Below are positions 8,682 to 18,197 of a stretch of 64,000 nt of DNA, piece by piece. Source of the DNA: Coriobacteriaceae bacterium. Its GTDB lineage: Bacteria; Actinomycetota; Coriobacteriia; Coriobacteriales; Coriobacteriaceae. The translations under genes and the position numbers were made by a program. Below the pieces are notes generated by a model, which was not told the origin of the DNA, made no database searches, and was given only the letters and a program-made list of their open reading frames with translations. The stretch is taken from positions 8,470 through 72,469 of the forward strand of contig CAJJRZ010000006.1 of the NCBI GenBank assembly GCA_905194345.1, written 5' to 3'. Position 1 is the stretch's first letter; each line of letters begins with the position of its first letter.

Positions 8682-9707
8682 CTACTCCTGAACGGTCTCT
8701 TGGCAGACGACCTCGCGGATGGCACGGATGCGGCGCATGGTGTCGTCGAACTGGTCGGGGGTGAGGGCCTGAGCACCGTCGGACCATGCGTGGCTCGGGT
8801 CGTCGTGGACCTCGATCTCCAGACCGTTGGCGCCGCAGGCAGTCGCGGCGAGCGCCATGGGCTCAACATAGCGGGTGTAACCGGTGGCGTGGCTGGGGTC
8901 GGCGACGACGGGCAGGTGCGACAGGTGGTGCAGCACCGGCACGGCGTTGAGGTCGAAGGTGTTGCGGGTGCGGGTCTCGAAGGTGCGGATGCCGCGCTCG
9001 CACAGGATGACGTTGTCGTTGCCCTCGCTCATGATGTACTCGGCTGCCATGAGCAGCTCGTCGACGGTGCCGGACATACCGCGCTTGAGCAGGATCGGGG
9101 TCTGCGTCTTGCCGACCTCCTTGAGCAGGGGGAAGTTCTGGGCGTTGCGAGCGCCAATCTGCATGACGTCGATTTTTTTATCCAAGAAGACCTGCACGTC
9201 GCGCGGGTCCATGATCTCGGTGACGATCGGCATGTCGAGCTCGGCGGATGCCTCGCACAGCAGGTCCAGGCCGGCGGGACCCATGCCCTGGTAGGCGTAC
9301 GGGGAGGTGCGGGGCTTGTAGGCGCCGCCACGCAGCATCGTGGCGCCGGCGGCCTTCACGCGGCGGGCGATGCGGATGAGGTTCTCGCCCTCGACGGAGC
9401 ACGGGCCGGCGATGACCTGGAACTGGTCGCCGCCGATCTTGACGCCGTGGCCGCAGTCGATGACGGAGTCCTCGGGGTGGAACTTGCGGTTGGCGCGCTT
9501 GAACGGCTCGGAGACGCGCTGCACGCGCTCGACGACGTCCATGGACTCGAGCAGGAACGGGTCGATCTTGGTCGTATCGCCCACCAGGCCGATGATGGTC
9601 TCGTTCTCGCCGCGCGAGACGTCGGTTTTGAGTCCCTTTTTCTCAATCCAGCTGACGATGTGGCTGACGGCCTCGTCGCTGGCGCTCTGCTTTAAAATCG
9701 CAATCAT
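8682..9707 (-). CDS. aroF: DAHP synthase (class I-beta, N-terminal regulatory domain)
   Basis: IAGPCSVE, RGGAYKPRTSPY, QIGARN, KRG, CERGIRTFE and DPSH motifs; RBS GAGAGG before ATG 9707. Confidence 0.95.
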   Translation of the reverse strand: MIAILKQSASDEAVSHIVSWIEKKGLKTDVSRGENETIIGLVGDTTKIDPFLLESMDVVERVQRVSEPFKRANRKFHPEDSVIDCGHGVKIGGDQFQVIAGPCSVEGENLIRIARRVKAAGATMLRGGAYKPRTSPYAYQGMGPAGLDLLCEASAELDMPIVTEIMDPRDVQVFLDKKIDVMQIGARNAQNFPLLKEVGKTQTPILLKRGMSGTVDELLMAAEYIMSEGNDNVILCERGIRTFETRTRNTFDLNAVPVLHHLSHLPVVADPSHATGYTRYVEPMALAATACGANGLEIEVHDDPSHAWSDGAQALTPDQFDDTMRRIRAIREVVCQETVQE

Positions 9708-9740
9708 GGTGTGCCTCTCACCTCGATGGATAGCCCTTGC

Positions 9741-9766
9741 AAAAACGGCCCGCATCGCGAGCCGTT
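9741..9766 (-). promoter_or_regulatory. Terminator-like hairpin in the aro operon leader (possible attenuator)
   Basis: Minus strand AACGGCTCGC-GAT-GCGGGCCGTTTTT, about 35 nt upstream of the aroF start. Confidence 0.5.
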
Positions 9767-9868
9767 ATATATGTGCATGAGAGTTTATACTATCTGATTC
9801 GCTTTTGCCGCCTAAAGCGCGCCGTCGCGGCGCGTTTCCCACGTAATTGCAAAGCTTTTTCTATTATT

Positions 9869-9898
9869 TTGTTAGCCCGTGGCGCACTTGGGTATAAT
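9869..9898 (+). promoter_or_regulatory. Sigma70-type promoter for tRNA-Arg
   Basis: TATAAT at 9893-9898 and TTGTTA at 9869-9874, just upstream of the tRNA. Confidence 0.6.
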
Positions 9899-9909
9899 GC
9901 CTACCGTTC

Positions 9910-9986
9910 GCCCTATTAGCTCAGGGGATTAGAGCGTCTGCCTCCGGAGCAGAAGGCCGTTGGTTCGAATCCAACATGGGGCACCA
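9910..9986 (+). tRNA. tRNA-Arg (anticodon CCG)
   Basis: Acceptor stem GCCCTAT/ATGGGGC, D-arm, anticodon arm TCTGC-CTCCGGA-GCAGA, T-loop GTTCGAATC and encoded CCA. Confidence 0.96.
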
Positions 9987-9993
9987 TCGAACG

Positions 9994-10032
9994 TAAGACC
10001 GTCCGAACCTCGCATGGTCCGGGCGGTTTTCT
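9994..10032 (+). terminator. Terminator after tRNA-Arg
   Basis: AAGACCGTCCG...CGGGCGGTTTT hairpin with T tract. Confidence 0.55.
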
Positions 10033-10061
10033 TATACCGACGCGACATGATGGGACGTGGT

Positions 10062-12782
10062 ATGGCAGCAACGGATATCGAGCGCGGACTCTCGACCGCC
10101 GAGGTCGAGGAGCGCATCGCCGCTGGTAAGATCAACCGCAACATGGAGCTCAAGACCAAGTCGGTCCGCGAGCTCATCATCGAGAACCTCTGCACGTTGT
10201 TTAACTTGATCAACGTGGTCTTGGCGATTTTGGTGTTGCTGACCGGTTCGTTTAAGAATCTGACGTTCCTGTTCGTGGTGTTCTTGAACACGGCAATTGG
10301 CGTCATTCAGTCCATGCGTTCCAAGCGGATGGTCGACAAGCTTACGCTGCTCACCTCTAAGAAGGCCATCGCGGTGCGCGACGGCGCCGAGGTGGAGCTC
10401 GACCTGGACCAGATCGTGCTCGACGATATCATTCGCCTGGGGCGCGGTGACCAGATTCCCGCCGACGCCGTGGTAGTGTCGGGCGAGGCGCTCGTCAACG
10501 AGAGCCTACTGACGGGCGAGAGTGACCTCATTAAGAAACAACCAGGCTCCGAGCTCATGAGCGGCAGCTTTATCGACTCGGGCCTGCTGCGCGCCCGCGT
10601 GATCCATGTCGGCGCCGATAACTACGTGGCAAAGATCAACAACGAGGCCAAGTACGTCAAAAAGGTCAATTCCGAGATCATGAACGCGCTCAACGCCATC
10701 GTGCGGTTCGCGAGCATTATCATGATTCCGCTTGGTCTGGCGCTCTTTACCTCGAGTGTGAGCGAGCTGTGGGATGCCGCGGGAACCCCGGGCGATAGCG
10801 CGCTTTCCTGGTGCTTCTCTGAGCTGCTGGCTGGTCGTGTGCCTTCTTCGGCGCTGCTGTCCACGGTGGGTGCCCTGCTGGGCATGATTCCGCAGGGCCT
10901 GGTGCTGCTGACCTCGTCGGTGCTCGCGATTGCCACGGTGCGCCTGGCACGTCGCAAGGTGCTGGCGCAGCAGCTCTACTGCATCGAGACGCTCGCGCGC
11001 GTCGACGTGCTGTGCCTGGACAAGACGGGCACCATTACCTCGGGCCGTATGGAGGTCGAGGGCACCTACCCGCTGCCTGTTGAGGGTGTTGGCTTTGGCG
11101 CGGACTCGGACGAGGCGGCTGTCCCCGTCGAGACCACGGTGCTCGACTTTGCGCTCGCCAACGTGGCGCGTGCGACCTCGGCGGATGCCAACGAGACCTG
11201 CCAGGCGCTGCTCAACTACTACGCCGATCGTCCGGTCGAGGTGTCCGAGCCGCTGTCGGTCATTCCGTTCTCGTCGTCCAAAAAGTGGAGCGGCGCGTCG
11301 TTTGCGCAGGGCTCCTATGTGATGGGCGCCGCGCAGTTTGTGCTCTCTGATCGCGCATTTGCGCAGGTCGAGAATCGTGTGGCCGAGCTTGCCGACACTT
11401 GCCGCGTGCTTGTGGTAGCCCGCGTGGACGGCTTTTCGCCCGATGGCGATATGGTGGGCGAGGCCGAGCCCGTGGGTTTTGTGACTATTCGTGACGAGAT
11501 TCGTACCTCGGCAGCCGAGACTATCGGCTACTTTAACGAGCAGGGCGTGACCCTCAACGTGATCAGCGGCGACGACCCGCGTACGGTGTCGTCGATCGCG
11601 CGCGTGGTGGGCGTGCCGGGCGCCGATGCTTACGTGGACGCGACAACCCTCGATACACCGTCCAAGATTGATGCGGCAGTGGACCGTTACCACGTCTTTG
11701 GGCGTGTGACGCCGCAGCAGAAGCGCGAGCTCGTACAGGCCCTCAAACGCCGCGGGCACACCGTGGCCATGACGGGCGACGGCGTCAACGACGTGCTGGC
11801 GCTCAAGGAGGCCGACTGCTCCGTGGCGATGGCCGCCGGCTCCGATGCTGCGCGCAATGTGGCCGAGATCGTGCTCGTCGATAACGACTTTGCCTCGATG
11901 CCCGCTGTGGTGGCCGAGGGCCGTCGTTCTATCAATAACCTGCAGCGCTCTGCCGCGCTCTTTTTGACCAAGACGCTTTTCTCGATGGGCCTGGCGGCGC
12001 TGTGCATCGCGCTGCCGCCGTATCCCTTTGAGCCCATTCAGATGACGCTCATCAACTTCTTCTGCATCGGCGCGCCGGGCTTTGTGCTGGGCCTGGAGCC
12101 CAACAACGCCCGCGTGAAAGGGTCGTTCTTGACCAACGTGCTTAAGCGTGCGCTGCCGGCGTCGATTGCGGTTATTTTGGCCGCGGCGCTCGATATCTTT
12201 GTGGCGCGCGTATTTGGCTTTAGCCAGCTTACGCTTTCGACCATGTGCCTGCTCACGTCGTGCGCGGCGAGTGTCAGCCTGATCTGGCGCATCTCGCAGC
12301 CGCTCACGCCCTTGCGCGTGGTGCTTTTCGTGTTTGTCGTCGCCGGCATCCTGACGGGCGTTATCGGGTTCCCGGAGCTGCTGTCGATTGCCAACTTGTC
12401 GATGGGTCAGATTGTCATCTTGGCGGCTATCGTCGTCTTTACCTGTGCGGTGTTCTTTAAGCTTGCCACGATGATGGACTCGATTAAGCCCCGTCGCCGT
12501 CATGCGGCCACCGGCTTTGGCCGTGGCGTGCGTGTTCGCCTGGGTCGCGGCGGCGGCAAGGTGAGCTCGACGGGTTCGACGGCGGAGCGTTTTGCCAAGC
12601 GCGTCGCCGCCGACATGGCGCAGCGCCGCGAAGCTCGCACCGTTCGTGAGGCCGAGGCCCGCGCACTCGAGGGCGTGGCCCAGACCCAGCCCAAGAAAAT
12701 GAAGAGCGCCGGCGTTAAGCGCTCCCGCGTGACCAAATCGCCCCAGGGCATCAAAGTTTCGATGCCCAAGAAAAAGAAGTAG
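10062..12782 (+). CDS. Cation-transporting P-type ATPase (CtpE-like) with basic C-terminal tail
   Basis: LTGES, DKTGT phosphorylation site, SGD and TGDGVND motifs, multiple TM helices. Start could be 10047, 10050 or 10062. Confidence 0.93.
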   Translation: MAATDIERGLSTAEVEERIAAGKINRNMELKTKSVRELIIENLCTLFNLINVVLAILVLLTGSFKNLTFLFVVFLNTAIGVIQSMRSKRMVDKLTLLTSKKAIAVRDGAEVELDLDQIVLDDIIRLGRGDQIPADAVVVSGEALVNESLLTGESDLIKKQPGSELMSGSFIDSGLLRARVIHVGADNYVAKINNEAKYVKKVNSEIMNALNAIVRFASIIMIPLGLALFTSSVSELWDAAGTPGDSALSWCFSELLAGRVPSSALLSTVGALLGMIPQGLVLLTSSVLAIATVRLARRKVLAQQLYCIETLARVDVLCLDKTGTITSGRMEVEGTYPLPVEGVGFGADSDEAAVPVETTVLDFALANVARATSADANETCQALLNYYADRPVEVSEPLSVIPFSSSKKWSGASFAQGSYVMGAAQFVLSDRAFAQVENRVAELADTCRVLVVARVDGFSPDGDMVGEAEPVGFVTIRDEIRTSAAETIGYFNEQGVTLNVISGDDPRTVSSIARVVGVPGADAYVDATTLDTPSKIDAAVDRYHVFGRVTPQQKRELVQALKRRGHTVAMTGDGVNDVLALKEADCSVAMAAGSDAARNVAEIVLVDNDFASMPAVVAEGRRSINNLQRSAALFLTKTLFSMGLAALCIALPPYPFEPIQMTLINFFCIGAPGFVLGLEPNNARVKGSFLTNVLKRALPASIAVILAAALDIFVARVFGFSQLTLSTMCLLTSCAASVSLIWRISQPLTPLRVVLFVFVVAGILTGVIGFPELLSIANLSMGQIVILAAIVVFTCAVFFKLATMMDSIKPRRRHAATGFGRGVRVRLGRGGGKVSSTGSTAERFAKRVAADMAQRREARTVREAEARALEGVAQTQPKKMKSAGVKRSRVTKSPQGIKVSMPKKKK

Positions 12783-12901
12783 TTCGCTGCCTTTAGGGAT
12801 GATTTTTCTGGCGATGTTGAATTGGTGCCTTGCGCTTGTGGGGCCGTGTCGATGTTATGCTCTAACCTCGATTGTTTGAATTGCTTCGGAAAGAGGATGC
12901 C

Positions 12902-14056
12902 GTGATCTGCCCGCATTGCCTAAAGACCATCGAGGACGGCGCCTCGTTCTGCCCCTATTGCAACGCATACGTTGGTCCGGGAGATGGCCCCGAGCATACC
13001 GAGTTTGTGTTCTGCGACGGCTGCGGCGCCCGTCTGTCCCCGCATGACCGTACCTGTCCCAAGTGTGGACGCCCCGCGCCGGGCATCCTTTCTGAGGACG
13101 CGGCGGCATCCGACCTGGCCGCAGGGCGCACGGCCGGCTTTCCGCGCCTGACGCAGGAGCAGATCGATACCGAGGTGCCCCACGCGCCGGCATCTGCCGC
13201 TGCGGTGCTCTCCGACGCAGCCGACCCCAACGAGACCTGCGTGCTGCCTGCCTTCGATAGGGACTTTGGTATCCCAAAGGTCGATATCCCCACGCCGGTG
13301 TCCCTGCGCGATGATGCCCAGCCCAAAAAGCAAAAGTCCAAGCGCAAGGTCCACCCCGACGAGGATGCCTATCACAAGCACAAGCGCCATATCCCCAAAC
13401 CGCTCATCGTCATCGCGGTGCTCGCCGCCGTGTGCGGTGGTGCGTATTGGTTTGTGACTGCCGATCCCATGGGCGTCATGCCCGGCTTCTACGACCAGTT
13501 TGGCCAGGCCGCCAAGACCACCTTCCCGTCGCGCCAAAAGGGCGAGGCCACCGAGAAAGAGCCCAAGCAAGAGGATGCGTCCGAGGTCGTTCAGGAGGAG
13601 ACTGTCTTAACCGACGACCAGCTCTACACCAAGCTCGACGGCCTGTACCAGACCATCGTGTCGTACAGCGACGAGGATCAGATCGGCGAGGTCATCGATT
13701 CGTTTAATAACGGCTATCTGCGTACACCGCTTTCCACCCGCCAGGAGCTGTCACAGAGCGCTTATGCCCTGCGCGACCAGATTAAAAAGACCCAGGATGA
13801 GCTCAACAACCTCAAGGTTCAGGACGACACGGTCTATGCGGAGGACATCGATCATCTAAAGCAGCTTGCCCAGTGGATGTACGAACGTGTCGACGTGATC
13901 TGCCAGAGCTGGGATATCTCGCTGTCCATTCCCGACGGCGAGTCGCTGAGCGCCCGTCAGAGTGAGATCCTGGCGCCCATCGCACAAGGCGGCAACAGCG
14001 CGCTTAACCAGTACGACGCCAACGTGAGCGCGTGGAGGCCGCAGCAGCGTTCGTAA
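12902..14056 (+). CDS. Double zinc-ribbon membrane protein
   Basis: CPHC..CPYC and CDGC..CPKC, a single TM helix (LIVIAVLAAVCGGAYWFV) and a helical C-terminus. GTG start after AGAGG. Confidence 0.75.
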   Translation: MICPHCLKTIEDGASFCPYCNAYVGPGDGPEHTEFVFCDGCGARLSPHDRTCPKCGRPAPGILSEDAAASDLAAGRTAGFPRLTQEQIDTEVPHAPASAAAVLSDAADPNETCVLPAFDRDFGIPKVDIPTPVSLRDDAQPKKQKSKRKVHPDEDAYHKHKRHIPKPLIVIAVLAAVCGGAYWFVTADPMGVMPGFYDQFGQAAKTTFPSRQKGEATEKEPKQEDASEVVQEETVLTDDQLYTKLDGLYQTIVSYSDEDQIGEVIDSFNNGYLRTPLSTRQELSQSAYALRDQIKKTQDELNNLKVQDDTVYAEDIDHLKQLAQWMYERVDVICQSWDISLSIPDGESLSARQSEILAPIAQGGNSALNQYDANVSAWRPQQRS

Positions 14057-14161
14057 TTTGTTGCCCTCCGGCGGCATAACCTGCGTGCGCAATTGATGGA
14101 AGCCCGTGCTTATTGCTACAATTCGTACAAATATGCTTTAAACGCACGAGGAAGGAACCAC

Positions 14162-14704
14162 ATGTTTGGTTTTAAGAAAGAGCTCTATACGCCCGAGTAC
14201 CAGCTCGTCGGTGACGAGTGCGCGGTGATCGAGACGTCGAAGGGCACCATCAAGGTCAAGTTTGACGGTGAGGGCGCCCCCATCCATGTGGCGAACTTCT
14301 GCGAGCTTTCCACGATGGGCTTCTATGACGGCCTTAAGTTCCATCGCTATGTGCCCGGCTTTGTAATCCAGGGCGGCGACCCCAATACCCGCGATATGTC
14401 CGGCGCCGACGTCGCTGCCGGCCTTGAGGGCCCCGACGGTATGCCCGGCACCGGCGGCCCCGGCTACTGCATCAAGGGCGAGTTTGCCACCAATCCGCGT
14501 AACAGCCATGTTGACGGCGCGCTTGCCATGGCCCGCTCCATGGATCCCGATTCCGCGGGCTCGCAGTTCTACTTCTGCCTGGGTGCCCAGCACAACCTCG
14601 ACTCCGGCTATACCGTCTTTGGCACCACGGTCGAGGGCCTCGACGTCATCTCGCAGCTGCGCGCCGGCGACGAGATCGTTCATGTCGAGATCGTTCACGA
14701 GTAA
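14162..14704 (+). CDS. Cyclophilin-type peptidyl-prolyl isomerase
   Basis: FYDGLKFHRYVPGFVIQGGDP, AMAR, SAGSQF and YTVFG motifs. Confidence 0.95.
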   Translation: MFGFKKELYTPEYQLVGDECAVIETSKGTIKVKFDGEGAPIHVANFCELSTMGFYDGLKFHRYVPGFVIQGGDPNTRDMSGADVAAGLEGPDGMPGTGGPGYCIKGEFATNPRNSHVDGALAMARSMDPDSAGSQFYFCLGAQHNLDSGYTVFGTTVEGLDVISQLRAGDEIVHVEIVHE

Positions 14705-14715
14705 AGGGGACTTCC

Positions 14716-16011
14716 TTGAATAGCCAGCTGATCCAACAGGGCCGCGCCGCTTATCGCGCGGGTGATTTTTCCGCTGCCGCCCAGATGCTTGGCGCGGCAA
14801 AGACTCCCAACGAGATCATGGGTGAGGCCGACCACCTGCGCGGCAACGCCCTGATGCATCTGGGCATGTACGCCGAGGCCGCCGAGGCCTACGCTGCCGC
14901 CCTCAACGACGGCGCCTATGGCAAGCGCGGCGCCCTGCTCACCAACCGCGGCAAGGCACTCGCCGCGGTGGGCGACTACACCACGGCTGCCCAGGCGTTC
15001 TCTGCAGCTACCCAGGACGCTTCCTACGCCACGCCTTTTAAGGCCTACCTGGGTCTGGGCAACGCGCTGTTCCAGTCGGGCGACTATGCGAACGCCGGTA
15101 CTGCCTTCCGTCAGGCTGCCATCGACGGCGCCAACCCGGCTCCTGCCGCCGCCCTCGGCGATCTGGGCCGCTGCTTCATCAAGCTCGGCCGCCCCGCGGA
15201 CGCCGTTGAGACCTACCGCACGGCTATCGACTTTGCCGGCCCGCGCGACGATACGCGCGCCCTCAACGCCGGCATGGGCCAAGCGCTTTCCGCCGCCGGC
15301 CGTCCCTCCGATGCGCTCGATGCCTTTAACGCCGCCACCGCCGACGGCATCTACCAGCTCACGCCCGAGCAGGCCGACGAGCTTGCCCGCGTGCACGACT
15401 CGCTCGCCGCGCTTTCGGCCCAGACGGCCATGTCCACGGCTCCGGCTCCCGCGATGGACGCTCCCGCTGTCGACCCGCTCGATCCCACGGGCGCGACCGG
15501 TCAGTTTATGCCCGACCCCTCTGACACCGGCTTCTTTACGCTGTCTGAGTCCGAGATGGTCCAGCAGGACCGCAAACAGGCCAAGGTTCGTCGTCGCCAC
15601 CGCCACACGGGTCTTAAGATCTTCCTGGTGCTGCTTCTGCTCATCGTGATCGCTGCCGGCGGTCTTGGCTATGCTTATACGCGCGGCATGGGCTACCCCT
15701 CGCAGGAGTCCGTCATCACCGACCTGTTCCAGGCTGCCGGTGACGGCGATACCGCCAAGGCCGAGTCCTGCCTGGCCTCGAGCCTGTCCGAGGACGCCAA
15801 GGCGATGATCATCTCCTCGATTCCGCAGGGCGCCACCGTCTCCATCGAGGGTATGGATCAGTCCATGACCGAGACCACCGCCAAGGTGAAGGCTTCGCTG
15901 TCCAAGGGCGGCGAGCAGGAGTACACCGTTAAATTCGTGCGCTCCGACAACCATATCGGTTGGGCCGTCTCCTCGCTCGACATCGATTTCTCGGCCGCTG
16001 ACAACCAGTAG
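14716..16011 (+). CDS. TPR-repeat membrane-anchored protein
   Basis: Several TPR-like units (e.g. YLGLGNALFQSGDYANA), basic patch plus TM helix, small C-terminal extracytoplasmic domain. TTG start. Confidence 0.8.
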   Translation: MNSQLIQQGRAAYRAGDFSAAAQMLGAAKTPNEIMGEADHLRGNALMHLGMYAEAAEAYAAALNDGAYGKRGALLTNRGKALAAVGDYTTAAQAFSAATQDASYATPFKAYLGLGNALFQSGDYANAGTAFRQAAIDGANPAPAAALGDLGRCFIKLGRPADAVETYRTAIDFAGPRDDTRALNAGMGQALSAAGRPSDALDAFNAATADGIYQLTPEQADELARVHDSLAALSAQTAMSTAPAPAMDAPAVDPLDPTGATGQFMPDPSDTGFFTLSESEMVQQDRKQAKVRRRHRHTGLKIFLVLLLLIVIAAGGLGYAYTRGMGYPSQESVITDLFQAAGDGDTAKAESCLASSLSEDAKAMIISSIPQGATVSIEGMDQSMTETTAKVKASLSKGGEQEYTVKFVRSDNHIGWAVSSLDIDFSAADNQ

Positions 16012-16033
16012 TGACCTTATGAGATTTGGCTCT

Positions 16034-16067
16034 GCCCGGCGCTTCACCGCAAGTGAGGTGCCGGGCT
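16034..16067 (+). terminator. Stem-loop after TPR gene
   Basis: GCCCGGCGCTTCAC-CGCAA-GTGAGGTGCCGGGC-TT. Confidence 0.5.
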
Positions 16068-16126
16068 TGCGCTAGTATGATGGGCTAGTAGTTTTCCAGC
16101 AATCATCCAACACATCAGGAGTTGCG

Positions 16127-17170
16127 TTGTTTTCTTTGATGGATATGTTCTTCGGTAGCTATGCGGGCGATCTCGCCATCGACCTCGGCACCGCCAATAC
16201 GCTCGTCTCCGTGCGCGGCAAGGGCATCGTCATCCGCGAGCCCTCCGTTGTCGCTATCGACAAGAACGACGAGCGCATCCTGGCAGTCGGTATCGAGGCC
16301 AAGCGAATGCTCGGCCGTACGCCCGGCAACATCGTGGCCGTTCGTCCCCTTAAGGACGGCGTCATCGCCGACTTCGATGTCACCGAGGCCATGCTTCGCT
16401 ACTTTATCGACAAGGCTTCCGAGAAGCGCTATCCGTGGACTCCGCGTCCGCGCGTCGTCGTCTGCGTTCCCTCCGGCGTCACGTCGGTCGAGAAGCGCGC
16501 CGTCTTTGAGGCCACGATTCAGGCCGGCGCTCGCCAGGCCTATCTGATCGAGGAGCCCATGGCGGCTGCCATCGGCGCCGACCTACCCGTCGAGGAGCCC
16601 ACGGGCTCCATGGTCATCGATATCGGCGGCGGCACCACCGAGGTCGCCGTTATCGCTATGGGCGGTATTGTCGTGTCGCAGTCCATCCGCATTGCCGGTG
16701 ACGAGTTCGACCAGGCTATCCTCACCCATGTTCGCGATGCCTACAACCTGGCTATCGGCGAGCGTACGGCCGAGGACATCAAGATTAAGGTCGGCTCCGC
16801 CGTGCCGCTCAAGGATGAGCTCGACGTCGAGGTCAACGGACGCGACGTTATCACGGGCCTGCCCAAGACCGTGCGTATCGAGAGCGAGGAGATCCGTCGC
16901 GCGCTCAACAAGCCGCTCGACGAGATGGCCAAGGCCGTTAAGGACGCTCTGGATGCCACGCCGCCCGATCTTGCCTCGGACCTTATGTACTACGGCATTC
17001 TGCTGACCGGCGGCGGTGCGCTGCTGCGCGGCCTCGACGTGCGCCTGCGCGACGAGACCGGCGTTTCGGTCAACGTCAGCCCCACGGCGCTCGATAACGT
17101 CGTAAACGGCTGCGCCCGCGTGCTCGAGGCCAACGCCTTTGACGGTGGCTTCGTCCAAACCAATGCTTAA
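16127..17170 (+). CDS. mreB: Rod shape-determining protein MreB
   Basis: IDLGTANT, RPLKDGVIADF, EEPMAAAIGA and DIGGGTTE motifs. Confidence 0.97.
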   Translation: MFSLMDMFFGSYAGDLAIDLGTANTLVSVRGKGIVIREPSVVAIDKNDERILAVGIEAKRMLGRTPGNIVAVRPLKDGVIADFDVTEAMLRYFIDKASEKRYPWTPRPRVVVCVPSGVTSVEKRAVFEATIQAGARQAYLIEEPMAAAIGADLPVEEPTGSMVIDIGGGTTEVAVIAMGGIVVSQSIRIAGDEFDQAILTHVRDAYNLAIGERTAEDIKIKVGSAVPLKDELDVEVNGRDVITGLPKTVRIESEEIRRALNKPLDEMAKAVKDALDATPPDLASDLMYYGILLTGGGALLRGLDVRLRDETGVSVNVSPTALDNVVNGCARVLEANAFDGGFVQTNA

Positions 17171-17191
17171 TTTCCAAAAGGTGGATTCCAT

Positions 17192-18190
17192 TTGGCACGA
17201 TCTTCGGGTTTCTCTCCAAATCTGAATACCAAGCGACAATCAACGGGTATGCGCCCGTTGATTGTTTTCAGCCTGATTTCGGTGTTGCTGCTCACGTTTT
17301 ATATCCGTGAGGGCGAGGCCGGGCCGATTCATGCCGTACGCTCGGGTGTGACGACGATTACCTCGCCGGTGCGCTTTGTGGGCTCGGCCGTGGCGGCTCC
17401 CTTTAACGCGATCGGCAACGTGTTCTCCAACCTCACGGCTTCGCAGGAGTCGCTCGACGACCTCAAGAAGCAAAACGAGGTACTGACCTCTAAGGTCGCC
17501 GAGCTTTCCGAGGCTCAAAAGACTGCCGAGCGCCTGGAGGGCCTGGTCGGCCTGCAATCGACCTACAACCTTAAGTCGACCGCTGCTCGTATTGTCGGTG
17601 CGTCGGGCGATGCCTGGACCTCGACCGTTACCATCGACAAGGGCTCTGCCGACGGCCTTACCATCAACATGCCCGTGACGAGTTCCGCCGGTGTTATCGG
17701 CCAGATTATCGAGGTATCGGCCAAGACCTCCACCGTGCGCCTGATTGGCGATGAGAATTCGGGCGTGTCGGCTATGGTGCAGGACACGCGCGCCCAGGGA
17801 ATGCTGCAGGGCCAGCCCGATGGCACCCTGCGCCTTGAGTACGTGAGCGTCGACTCCGACGTCAAAGTGGGCGACATCATCGTGACCTCGGGCATTGGCG
17901 GCGTGTTCCCCAAGGGCCTGCCGCTCGGCACTGTTTCCTCGGTGGAGAAGTCGGCCAACGATGTGTATTACACCATCGTCGTACGCGCCCAGACCACGGC
18001 AGAGAATAACGAGGAGGTGCTCGTCATCACCTCGCTGACCGACGAGCAGTCGGCCTCGGACGAGGACGTGAGCTCTGCTAACAGCGCACCGCAGGGCACC
18101 TCGCGCGATTCGGCGACCAAGACTAAGGACGAGGACTCGGACGAGAGCTCCGAATCGTCCGAGACAACCGATTCCGGCTCGAGCGAATAG
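17192..18190 (+). CDS. mreC: Rod shape-determining protein MreC
   Basis: N-terminal TM, coiled coil, IDKGSADG and VTSGIGGVFPKG; follows mreB. Confidence 0.93.
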   Translation: MARSSGFSPNLNTKRQSTGMRPLIVFSLISVLLLTFYIREGEAGPIHAVRSGVTTITSPVRFVGSAVAAPFNAIGNVFSNLTASQESLDDLKKQNEVLTSKVAELSEAQKTAERLEGLVGLQSTYNLKSTAARIVGASGDAWTSTVTIDKGSADGLTINMPVTSSAGVIGQIIEVSAKTSTVRLIGDENSGVSAMVQDTRAQGMLQGQPDGTLRLEYVSVDSDVKVGDIIVTSGIGGVFPKGLPLGTVSSVEKSANDVYYTIVVRAQTTAENNEEVLVITSLTDEQSASDEDVSSANSAPQGTSRDSATKTKDEDSDESSESSETTDSGSSE

Positions 18191-18197
18191 GGAGGGC

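Noticed and set aside
9910..9986. tRNA-Arg as an island integration site
   Set aside because: No duplicate of its 3' end noticed and no integrase nearby.
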